From Octopus bimaculoides (Eukaryota), in contig NC_068993.1 in the NCBI RefSeq assembly GCF_001194135.2, forward strand, positions 11,160,351-11,224,350: 64,000 bases of DNA. Reading direction: 5' to 3'. This document shows positions 53,244 through 64,000 of this stretch, piece by piece. A program made the translations under genes and the position numbers. Below the pieces are notes generated by a model. That model worked only from the letters and a program-made list of their open reading frames with translations. It was not told the origin of the DNA and ran no database searches. Within the stretch, counting starts at the first letter, position 1; the number at the start of each line of letters is the position of its first letter.

Positions 53244-53518
53244 TAATGAAAATCGAATCAGGGAATGACAAGGAGAGCGAATAAGCGAGAAAGATAAAGA
53301 AACTGACAGTAAGCGAGGGAATGAGAGATAGAGAGAATAACTGAGAAGGATTCAGATATACAGAGAGGGTGGATGAACGACAGGAAATAACTTTTTTGAA
53401 TACAGCACAATACAAAGATTACAGTATGTTGTTCCGTTGTTAATGTTTTTGAAATAGTAACGTGTTCTATAATGTTCTATAAATTTGAGCATGCCTCTCA
53501 TTATATATATGTGTATAG

Positions 53519-53551
<33 letters not shown>

Positions 53552-53829
53552 AATAACTACTCAAATATGTGCTGGTAAATCTGTTTATATGTTTTATGTA
53601 TATTTGTCTATGTGATGTAGTATATAGATTTAGATATATGTATGGATTTATAAAGGTATGTTTAGCCTTGTAATTATTATTATTTTATTTTTTTTCCAGA
53701 GAAATAGATTTTTGGAATATATTTTTTTTGAGATTCCTTCAGTTATGGAAGGCGTTGGAATCATTATTTTCTTTGGAATGGTTACTTTTACATTATCAAT
53801 ATTAATTATTAATTGTAATCCCAGTCTCT

Positions 53830-54030
53830 TCTTCTTTCTTTTTTTCTTCTTCTTCTTCTTCTTCTTCTTCTTCTTCTTCTTCTTCTTCTTCTTCTTCTTC
53901 TTCTTCTTCTTCTTCTTCTTCTTCTTCTCTTGCTCCCGCTCATCCCACCTCTTTCCTCCCCTCCTCTTCTTCTTCTGTTGCTGATGCTCTGCTGCTGCTG
54001 CTGCTGCTACTACTACTACTACTACTACTG

Positions 54031-54071
<41 letters not shown>

Positions 54072-55560
54072 GCTCCTTTTTCATCTTCTTTTTCTTCTTT
54101 TTTTATCAGAGTAATACTGCTCTCGTTATTTTTGTTGTTGTCGATAGCATCACTACTAGTGGTATACCTACCAGTTGTAGTAGTATTATTAAAGAAGTAG
54201 CAGCAGTAGCAGCAGTAGTAGCAGTAATAATTCTTATTTTTGTTACTATTTATATTATTATCTATATTTTCTTTAACTTGTTTTGTATTTCGTGTATAAT
54301 ATTTGTTCCTCAATTTGTTTTTTTTGTTTTTTGTAATTCTATTTTATTTCACTTTCATTTTTAGTTACTAGCAACTATTTATTATTTGTTTCTTCTTGTC
54401 ATTTTCAATACATATTTATTTATTCATTTATTTATGTATTCATTTATCTAATTTTTTTCTTTGTCTAATGTTAAAATTTCATCTCGCCATATTGTTGTTG
54501 TGTATTAATTATATTTTGGAAACAAATGAATTTAATGCGACATTAATTAATTTACTACATCTGTATCTGCTTCTCTTTATCATCTCTAACATTTGTGGTA
54601 TTCTCAGGGAATGATTCGTGCTGCAGCTATTGCTGTTCTTGTTCTAATTGTCATAGTTATTGTTATATTTTTCCTTATTTGCTTTCGTTTTGGTGCTGAT
54701 AATTATTGATGTATTTTTCAACTCTTTCTAGTGTTCATATTGAAATATCTATTGACGTTGCTACTGCTTCTGTTATTTTTGTGATTGTTGCTAATATTTA
54801 TTTAGTTATTTTATAAAGAATTTTTTTTTTTTTTGCTTCTTAAAGTTGTTGTTGTCCAAAAATATGTGAAGAACTGGGAATGGTAAAGTTTGGAGCAGAA
54901 TCGATGGATTTGTTGTTTACGCTCTTGGTGATGTATTAACAATGTACAGAATATAGAATATGGATTATGAAATATGGAAATGGTAGTTGCATTGTTGCTG
55001 GTGTTACTACTGCTCGTGGTGGTGTTTCTGGAATGGTAATGCTGGAATTGATGATGGAAGAATGCTAGTGGTGATGTTAGTGGTGGTGGGTTCGTTGTGA
55101 TTTTTGGTAAAATCTTTGAAATAGTGACAGCGTTGTTGTTGTTGCTGTTGGTGTTGGCAGTGGTGTTGGTGGCGGTAGTGTTGGTGGTGCTTGTGGCGGT
55201 GGTAGTGTTGTTGGTAGTAGGGGTGTTAGTGGGTGTGTTGCTGGTAGCAGTGGTGGTGGTCGTTGCGGTGTCTGTAGTTGGTAGTGGCGGTAGTAGTGGT
55301 AATGGTCGTGATAGTAGTAGCTTTGTTGGTAGTGAAGGCGGTAGTAGTGGGGTAGTGGCATAGTAGTGGTGATGGTAATGGTAATGTTGATGTGGGTTGT
55401 TGGTGGTGTTAGTTATGGTGTTTATAGTGGTGGTGTTGGTGGTAGTGGTTGCAGTAGTAGCGGTGACAGTGGCGGTGGTAGTGGTAGTGGTGGTGGTCTG
55501 GCAGTCTTGTTGTTAATGATTATGGTCGTAGTAATAGTGTCCATGGTGACACAAAGTTAG
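53830..55560. repeat. Trinucleotide low-complexity region: (CTT)n, (CTG)n, (CTA)n, then GGT/GTA/GTT mosaic
   Basis: Directly visible. Source of the poly-K/F/P/T/V ORFs. Confidence 0.9.
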
Positions 55561-55697
55561 AATGGTAATGATAAAAAGATCGCTTGTTTGAATGGTGGTG
55601 CCTCACGTTGGTCTTTGTTGAATGGTGATTATAATAATGTAGAATGGTTACCATGGTGACCGTTGCAAGGTAAATGGTTATCTAGCACTTAGATATA

Positions 55698-55830
55698 CAG
55701 TAATCACTCGCCATATCGCAGTTCACCTCTCGCTTCCTCATTACATTGCGGATTTTTCTGGCTAATATATGTAATATTATATTGGTGACTCCTCACCATA
55801 TCGTGGGTTTCTGCATTTATATATTTTTCA
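55698..55830 (+). mobile_element. Truncated pogo/Tigger-like MITE end (same family as 35738)
   Basis: TA|CAGTAATCACTCGCCATATCGCAGTTCAC matches the reverse complement of the 35948 end (CAGTATACCCTCGCCATCTCGCGGTTCAC). No second TIR seen. Confidence 0.7.
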
Positions 55831-55934
55831 ACTTTAATCATTTCTGTGGTAAAATAAATATTTTCACACGTAAAAATTAATAAATAGAACTACAGTACAC
55901 TACTGGGAGAATTCACAAAAAAAAAACAACGACA

Positions 55935-56115
55935 ACAGACGAAGACAGGTGGTGTAGAAAACAAATAGGTGTATTAGTATGACGCTCGGGAATTGAAAAA
56001 GTCTTTAACGTTTCGAGCCTACGCTCTTCCACAGAAAGGAACACAGAAAGAACCAAGGAGAGAAACAAGGAGAGAAAAAATGTGTGTAGTGGTCAGCGAT
56101 CTATCATGGTGAATG
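55935..56115 (-). mobile_element. Probable Penelope-like element terminal repeat remnant
   Basis: Contains the minimal type I hammerhead architecture typical of Penelope-like element termini. No RT or GIY-YIG coding sequence is visible nearby. Confidence 0.6.
56003..56038 (-). ncRNA. Minimal type I hammerhead ribozyme-like motif (variant core)
   Basis: Minus strand 5'-CUUU CUGUGGA A GAGC GUAG GCUC GAA ACGU U AAAG-3': stem I CUUU/AAAG, stem II GAGC/GCUC, palindromic stem III ACGU, putative GUU cleavage triplet. The core is CUGUGGA rather than CUGANGA. Confidence 0.65.
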
Positions 56116-56367
56116 TTCTACTGCACTGTATAACACATATGATATATTAAAAGAAAATACGTAGTGTACCGTAAGTGAGTAAACAAAGAATCTCACATCA
56201 GGAGGTAAGTGTGTGGTGTTGTTTTGCATTTATAATAAAATAAATATATACAAATTATAAAAATAACTTAGTATTATAATTCATTTTTATGATTTATAAC
56301 ATATACTCGTTGACTGGGTCTTTATATAAGTTTGTCTACAAATTATAGTAGCTCTAAGCTAATATAA

Positions 56368-56625
56368 GTGGAGGTGCGTGGCGTAGTGGTTAGGGTGTCA
56401 GCATTATGATTGTAAGATTGTGTTTTCGATTCCTGGATCGGGCGACGCATTGTGTTCTTGAGCAAAACACTTCATTTCACGTTGCGCATGTCCACTCAGC
56501 TGGCAAAAATGAGTAACGCTGCGATGGACTGGCGTCCCGTCCAGCTGGGGACACATACGCCATTGAAACCGGGAAACCGGGCACATAAGCCTGGCTAGGC
56601 TTTAAAAGGGCGCATTTATTTCTTA
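56368..56625 (+). mobile_element. Full-length tRNA-derived CORE-like SINE (family 2)
   Basis: A box TGGCGTAGTGG and B-box-like TTTCGATTCC. Central ttgtgttcttgagcaaaacacttcatttcacgttgc, then ctgcgatggactggcgtcccgtccag (V/Meta-domain-like). Confidence 0.85.
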
Positions 56626-57851
56626 TTTAAGCTAAATTAAACACATTGTAGTACTCATCTGTGTTGTATCTTGAGACCTTTAGTCAAGTCAGCCGCATTC
56701 ATTCCTCTTATGAATTAATACTTTCCAGTATGTTCCAGTAACATTACAGTGATTGTACTCATTTAGCTACAACATAAACAGGCAAAATATTATATACATC
56801 CATCTACTATAAATATTGGTATCCTTCCAAAGGAATTTTCTTTCGCGAAAAATAGATAATCACTTCAGCAGATTTAATCGGCAAACGTTTGTCTACAATA
56901 CAAAATTGAAAAATAAATATATGACTTTATTTGTGGTAAATGCTCTCCTTTAAATAAACTTGTCAAACCATTTAAAGATGAACTAAGTCTTTCAAGTGTG
57001 AATATAAAATATCGACGGTACAATAGATTCTGGGGAAAATTAAAGGTTAAAGCACACAAAATGTAAACTACTATAAAACATTTATTCAATCTTTACAGAC
57101 AAAATGGTATACTGAAATCGATGTTTAGTTACTATAGACTTTTAGTAAAGTAAGGAACCAATAAAAACAAGAAGTAAATAAAACAGAAACGTATAAATTA
57201 AAAAAAGAAATATACTCACATAATTACTAGTATCATAAAATTTAACGGCACAACACCAATTACACTTAAACAACTGTATTTTACATTTAAAGATCACAAG
57301 GTTAATTTGGAGAAAACTTATCAATTAGGTCCATAAACTCACAAATCCATATATTGAAGTTTTCAGGTAACTTTTTCAAGCTAACGTTAAAACTAAAGTT
57401 TATGGAATTATACCAACGCTGTCATTAAGTGTTCTACATGTGTCTTTATTAATGAAATAGACTGTAAATACTTAAGACATGATAAAGACTAAAGACTAAA
57501 GACTAATATTCACCTGTCCATAAACAGCTGCTATTAAATGGTGTTAAGTCGTTAGACTAGTTACTCACATCAAAAGCTTTGAAACTAAAATGATCATACA
57601 CTCCCTCAGTATATCAGTTTCCGGTCACGCCTTGTGTATGAGGAAAAACAGTTTGTCTGTTCATTTCAAGTCCCTCCCAACACGTCGGTAATCAACCAAT
57701 AATAATGCAGGTATCACGTAATAGCTTAGTTTGTCAAGTGTTACGAAAGGAAAGAAAAAAAAAAAAAGAAAAAATTAACGAAAACAAGCACAAAATAATG
57801 AGATGTTCAAAACCCCAGAACAGATAAACACAATGTTTAAAAGTATAAAAT

Positions 57852-57896
<45 letters not shown>

Positions 57897-58518
57897 TAAA
57901 AAGAAGAGAGATTAGATTTACACAATAGAGGGCTTCAATGATAGAAACTACGAGAGGTAAACCATTGAAGTCACCAGAATTATTTGAAAGATTAGTCACC
58001 CGATTATTAACCCTAAGAGAAGGAGCAAGACAATAATATTTGATAGAATATCGAAAATAGAAATATTTATAGACTAGAGATAAAGAAGCAATGTTCTGTA
58101 GATGAAAGTGGAGTTGAGTTTTATCTGTCACTTTACGAATAACAATGTTTGAAACTAGCTTTTGAACCTGATAAAAAAGAGAAAAAAACACCAAGAAACA
58201 CACCAGCTCAAATATGACAACAATATTTCATACTAGAGCGATGCCGCTTAAACAGATAAAGAATACATTCGAAGTTCGCATGCAACGAAATGTGCATTTA
58301 ATCTAGATCTGTGATATCACCGAAATATACATCTCAAAATAATGATCTCAATATTGTGGGTGGACTCTTATAGAGACGATGACTTTCTGCGCTCAAGTAA
58401 GCCCAAACATGAATCGGCCGACAGTGATAGGAAAAACCTTCATGCAATAAAACTCGTTATTGAAACGAACATTACAAGTTTTAATTTTTAGATGACACCA
58501 TCAAAATTGCTGATTATA

Positions 58519-58915
58519 GGCGTAGGGGTGGCTGTGTGGTAAGAACTTAGCTTCCCAATCACACGGTTCCAGTATCAGCCCCACTGCTTGGTATCTTAGG
58601 CAAGTTTCTTCGACTATAGCCTCGGGTCAACCAAAACCTTGTGAGTAGATTTGGAAGAGGAAATCTGAAAGAAGTCCGTCGAATATATGTGTGTTTGTGT
58701 GTGTGTGTGTGCGTGTGTGTGCATGTGTGTGTCTGTGTGTCTGTTTCTATCCGCTGTTGCTTGAGTTCTCCGTAACTTAGCGTTTCAACAAAATTGACCG
58801 ATTGAATAAGTATCAGGGTTTAAAAAATGTACTGGGGTCGATTCATTCGACTAAAAATTCTTGAAGGTGGTGCCTCAGCATGGCCACAGTCTATTGACCA
58901 AAACAAGTTAGAGAT
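58519..58915 (+). mobile_element. Full-length SINE family 1 with internal (TG)n
   Basis: Colinear with 1936-2345 from head (ggtggctgtgtggtaagaa) to tail (cagcatggccacagtc). Confidence 0.85.
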
Positions 58916-59049
58916 AATTAATTAAATAACACAACATCTATGAAAACTTAGCATCAATATGAACGTAAACATTAGTTAAATGAAGAACCTCTTGCTTACC
59001 CTCTCAACCAAGAAAGGCAACTTCAAGCATTCATCCACTACCTGTAATG

Positions 59050-59335
59050 GGCTGTGTATTGTGTTCTTGTGCAAGGCACTTCATTTCACGTTGCTCTACT
59101 TCACTCATTTCTACAAATGAGTTGCGAAGACACTAGTGCCAAGATGCATTGGTCTTTCCCTTTCCCTTGGGTAAACAACGGTGGCGTGGAGAGGAGGTAC
59201 TGGCATGCATGTTCGACTGCTGGTCTTCCAAAAAACAACCCTAGGTTGTGCGTTCGCCGGTGGGGCGACTTACCGCCCAGACTTGTACCCCGGAGGTAGG
59301 GCGGCCTCTTAGATACACCCATAGTCATTCGTCAC
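59050..59335 (+). mobile_element. 5'-truncated CORE-like SINE with a third type of 3' region
   Basis: tgtattgtgttcttgtgcaaggcacttcatttcacgttgctct is shared with 56450-56490. The downstream sequence is unrelated to that copy. Confidence 0.7.
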
Positions 59336-59813
59336 CGACGAATCGAGTAGTTGTTGACTCTTCCAGAAAAGAGATACAAGAACGTTCTATGACGATGTTT
59401 TCGGTGTAGAGAGTTTTCGATTAATTAAGAGATTCTTGGCTCGTCAAATAGCTGTTTAGTTCAACACTCGGTATTTTAAATAGAAACATAAACAGCTCGA
59501 GATTGATTTGAGAGCGCGAAGGTGGGTTTTAATGTGAGTTTTAAGTTTGTCAGTATATTCGTGTCAAGAACGCACGTGGGTCGGGCTTCCAAAAACAATA
59601 AGTACCAAGCTTATGTATTTCACGTTCGATAACGAAGGGTTTTATTTTAATGTGCTAAGTAGATTTCTGTATCAGATAAATATATCGGTAATCTGATCGA
59701 GATAATATACGCATTTTTTTTTATATTCGTGAATATTGATCAATTTATACAGGGAATATTCCTTACTGTCCTAAGTATTTCATTCCTACATTAAACACAG
59801 ACACACACACACA

Positions 59814-59847
<34 letters not shown>

Positions 59848-60093
59848 ACGCACACACAAACACATACACGCACAGGCGTATGATATGTATATATGTATAT
59901 TTACAATTAGGTACATATGTATATATGTATAAATATGTATTTATATCTATATATCAATATGTACATATATATGTACATATATACATACGTATATATATAT
60001 ATATATATATGTACATATAGCTATACACACACATATGTGAATATATATATACATACAAACACACACACAAACACATATATATATGAATGCGTG

Positions 60094-60152
<59 letters not shown>

Positions 60153-60179
60153 ATGTGTGTGTGTGTGTTTGTGTGTGTC

Positions 60180-60212
<33 letters not shown>

Positions 60213-62074
60213 TATGATAAAAAGTAGGAGAAGGTACGAGAGTGTGCGGCCGGATAGCAATCTTGAACGGACGAGTGTGAATGAAGTGGTTGAGTCAGTA
60301 GAGGAGTAGAAATTTATATAAAAAAATAACACTCAGGTGGAGTAGGAGAGATGGTTGGTGTGGGACATATATTGATTCTTGTAGCCAAAAAAACAAAAAC
60401 CCCAGCTTGTATCTAACAAAGAAACACACACACACATACACTCAAACACACACACACATACACACACACATATACACACGCACACAAAAACTTACGTACA
60501 TATACATGCATAATCGTATATATATATATTGAGATTATGAAATGAAATATTTTACAACAGCAAACATAAATGAACCTACAACAAGAGAAGAAAATGCAAA
60601 ACAAGATGAGAAGCCCTTGCGAAAACTTATTGAGTATTTTGAAGTGGTGTAAAGNNNNNNNNNNNNNNNNNNNNNNNNNNNNNNNNNNNNNNNNNNNNNN
60701 NNNNNNNNNNNNNNNNNNNNNNNNNNNNNNNNNNNNNNNNNNNNNNNNNNNNNNNNNNNNNNNNNNNNNNNNNNNNNNNNNNNNNNNNNNNNNNNNNNNN
60801 NNNNNNNNNNNNNNNNNNNNNNNNNNNNNNNNNNNNNNNNNNNNNNNNNNNNNNNNNNNNNNNNNNNNNNNNNNNNNNNNNNNNNNNNNNNNNNNNNNNN
60901 NNNNNNNNNNNNNNNNNNNNNNNNNNNNNNNNNNNNNNNNNNNNNNNNNNNNNNNNNNNNNNNNNNNNNNNNNNNNNNNNNNNNNNNNNNNNNNNNNNNN
61001 NNNNNNNNNNNNNNNNNNNNNNNNNNNNNNNNNNNNNNNNNNNNNNNNNNNNNNNNNNNNNNNNNNNNNNNNNNNNNNNNNNNNNNNNNNNNNNNNNNNN
61101 NNNNNNNNNNNNNNNNNNNNNNNNNNNNNNNNNNNNNNNNNNNNNNNNNNNNNNNNNNNNNNNNNNNNNNNNNNNNNNNNNNNNNNNNNNNNNNNNNNNN
61201 NNNNNNNNNNNNNNNNNNNNNNNNNNNNNNNNNNNNNNNNNNNNNNNNNNNNNNNNNNNNNNNNNNNNNNNNNNNNNNNNNNNNNNNNNNNNNNNNNNNN
61301 NNNNNNNNNNNNNNNNNNNNNNNNNNNNNNNNNNATATATATATATATAATTACATGTATCTATCTACCTATCAGTCTATCTATCCGTATATATTTATGT
61401 ATTTATACATATATTATAAGGCACAAGAAAAATCGAAGAGCTGTTCAGCACTAAGAGTTTAAGCGCCCCGCAAAAAAATGAGAAAATTGTATTGTTGCAT
61501 TTTGAGAAAAGGAAAGAGGGAGAGGGAGAGATAGAGAGGGATGAGAGAGAGAGAGGGGGGGGGTTAAAGTATGGGAAGATTAGAGGAAAAAAAAGAATGA
61601 ATTCATAAGCAGAAGGTTATCTCGAATATTGGAAATATGGAATGTGATATCTATAGATAGGTTGATAGGATAATGCGAAACCTTAAATCCTGCCGGAAAA
61701 GATATTACTAAAAGAATGTAAGATAGGCAGACAAATTGATAGATAGGCAGATAGATAGATTGATAGATCAATAGATAGATGGATAGATAACTGGAAATAA
61801 ATTTATTGAGAGAGTGATGAAGTGAGAAGGTGAGAGGGTTGGGAGAAGAAGAGAGTGTAGTTAGGCGGGTATGAAAAGCAATGAAGGAGGTGAAAATATG
61901 GAATGATTCAGCATAGACGAGTTGAAGGATGTTGAAATTTCAAAAACCGCCTCTCCACCCTTCAACCTGCTTTCAAACATACACAGAGACAGACAGTCAC
62001 ATACGCATAGACACACGGACTCTTCCTCTCACTCTCTCGTTCTCGTTCTCTCTGTCTCTCTGTCCCCCTCTCTC

Positions 62075-62121
<47 letters not shown>

Positions 62122-62319
62122 ACACATACGTATTTATATATATTCATACATATGTATACATATCTGTGTATATATATACATATACATATATATATATATA
62201 TATATGTATGTGTGTATATGTGTATGTGTATATGTATATATACACACATACATATATAATCATATAATCCTATATGTGTATAATATACATGTTTACATAC
62301 ACAAAATTAAAAATTCATG

Positions 62320-62354
<35 letters not shown>

Positions 62355-62368
62355 GTGTATGTATGTGC

Positions 62369-62457
<89 letters not shown>

Positions 62458-63119
62458 CATGGATATATTAATATGTGTGTGCGAGTGTGTATGTGTTTTA
62501 AATGCATATGCCCACTCTTTAATTGAATGCATCATAATTTAGTCAATATTTCTCTTAAGCTTGTGCAAATCTGCTTATTTTCAACTTTGTTTAAGCTGCT
62601 GGGAATATCATGTTTAAGACCACATGGTTGGTGATCCTTTTTTTAGGCTCTTTGGCCGACCAATTACATTCAGCTACCTAGGAGGCAATTATTGCTTGAA
62701 AAATCTAGTTATTGAAATTTGTTTACAGCGACAAAGAGCGGTACGGAGCCGGGTGGGTAGTTTTTGAGATTGGGACAAGGAGGTGGGTTTCGTATTAGAA
62801 TGTACTTTTTGTGTTTTTTTTCTTTACTGTTTGTGTATTTTAGTGTCCGTTGTTTTTCTTTGTTTTTGGTTTTTGTGCTTCTTCGGTTCTTGGAGTGGTG
62901 ATGGAATGGTTTTTGTTATTGTCATTTCATTGTTGTACATGTAGACGTGCACATATATATATGTATATATATATATATNNNNNNNNNNNNNNNNNNNNNN
63001 NNNNNNNNNNNNNNNNNNNNNNNNNNNNNNNNNNNNNNNNNNNNNNNNNNNNNNNNNNNNNNNNNNNNNNNNNNNNNNNNNNNNNNNNNNNTCTACATGT
63101 ATATATATTTGAATATATA

Positions 63120-63168
<49 letters not shown>

Positions 63169-64000
63169 ATGTATATGTATGTATGCATATGTGTTTGTAT
63201 GTATGTGTACACTTATGTGTGAATGCGTATATAAGCATGCGTGTGTGTGAGTGCGTGTGTGTCTGTATAGAGTTTCTCCACATTGATAAACCATATTAAA
63301 AGTTTAAAAAAAATACATATAGCTACAAATTCTCCAAAAAATATAAACATGAAATTGATAAACAACATCAACGACATAACTTTGGAGAACAATAACGAAT
63401 TTATTAGACATTAATTATTGTAAACACAACAACAACAACAACAACAAAAATAACAAAAACAACAACACTAATAACAACAGTGATATGAAAAAAAAAAAAC
63501 TAAACCCAAAATGCGAAAAATTATTTACAAAATTAATTAATATAATATGACGTATTAATAGAAACAAAGAAACTAAGTCTAAAAGGAATTGCGAAAAAGA
63601 ATGAAGAAATATTATCCATAGCAACTGAGGCTTCAAGAACACATAGCAGATTTTGATTTTAACATTGCTATTTGCAATTACTCTAATTACTTGCTAAATG
63701 AATTGGAGGCACTTGGGGATCTGCTGTGGTGAATTTTGAAACTGGAAACAAATAGCAGTGATGATTCATTCTGTTGCTGACAAGGGACATTAGAGTATGT
63801 TTAGGAATGTAACAAAGGGAAAATTTTTATATAATAACTATTAAAAGTTAAACGGAGAATAACAACAAGTATAAGAGAAAATGAAAAACTGTATTGATGG
63901 TATATGTATTAACTGACGATGAAAGATGAATATGGTTAAATATCAAATTGGTAAATATGTACAGAAAGAAGAAACGAGGAAACAAATAAACAAACAAGGG

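Noticed and set aside
646-63294. Dozens of ORFs rich in YI, HT, CV, poly-I/S/D/L/K or X
   Set aside because: They are translations of microsatellites or run through N gaps and have no domain content.

Overview
This is AT-rich, non-coding animal genomic DNA from a gapped short-read assembly; most N-runs are flanked by (TA)n or (CA)n. The SINE repertoire and the extreme load of di-, tri- and tetranucleotide microsatellites point to an octopus (coleoid cephalopod) genome, which is my inference. I found no intact protein-coding gene, RNA gene or CRISPR array. Nearly every ORF in the supplied track is a translated microsatellite or crosses a gap. The window holds decayed mobile elements: two Tc1 transposon remnants (one with IR/DR ends and DD35E spacing), several MITEs, four fragments of R4/Dong-like restriction-like-endonuclease LINEs, a CR1-group LINE 3' end, a probable Gypsy RT relic, about 18 tRNA-derived SINE copies from several modular families, and a Penelope-like terminal repeat carrying a minimal hammerhead ribozyme fold with a non-canonical core. 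A few candidate exons with canonical splice signals exist but cannot be assigned to a gene. I did not find a convincing novel multi-gene system. The most interesting signals are RNA-structural and TE-architectural.
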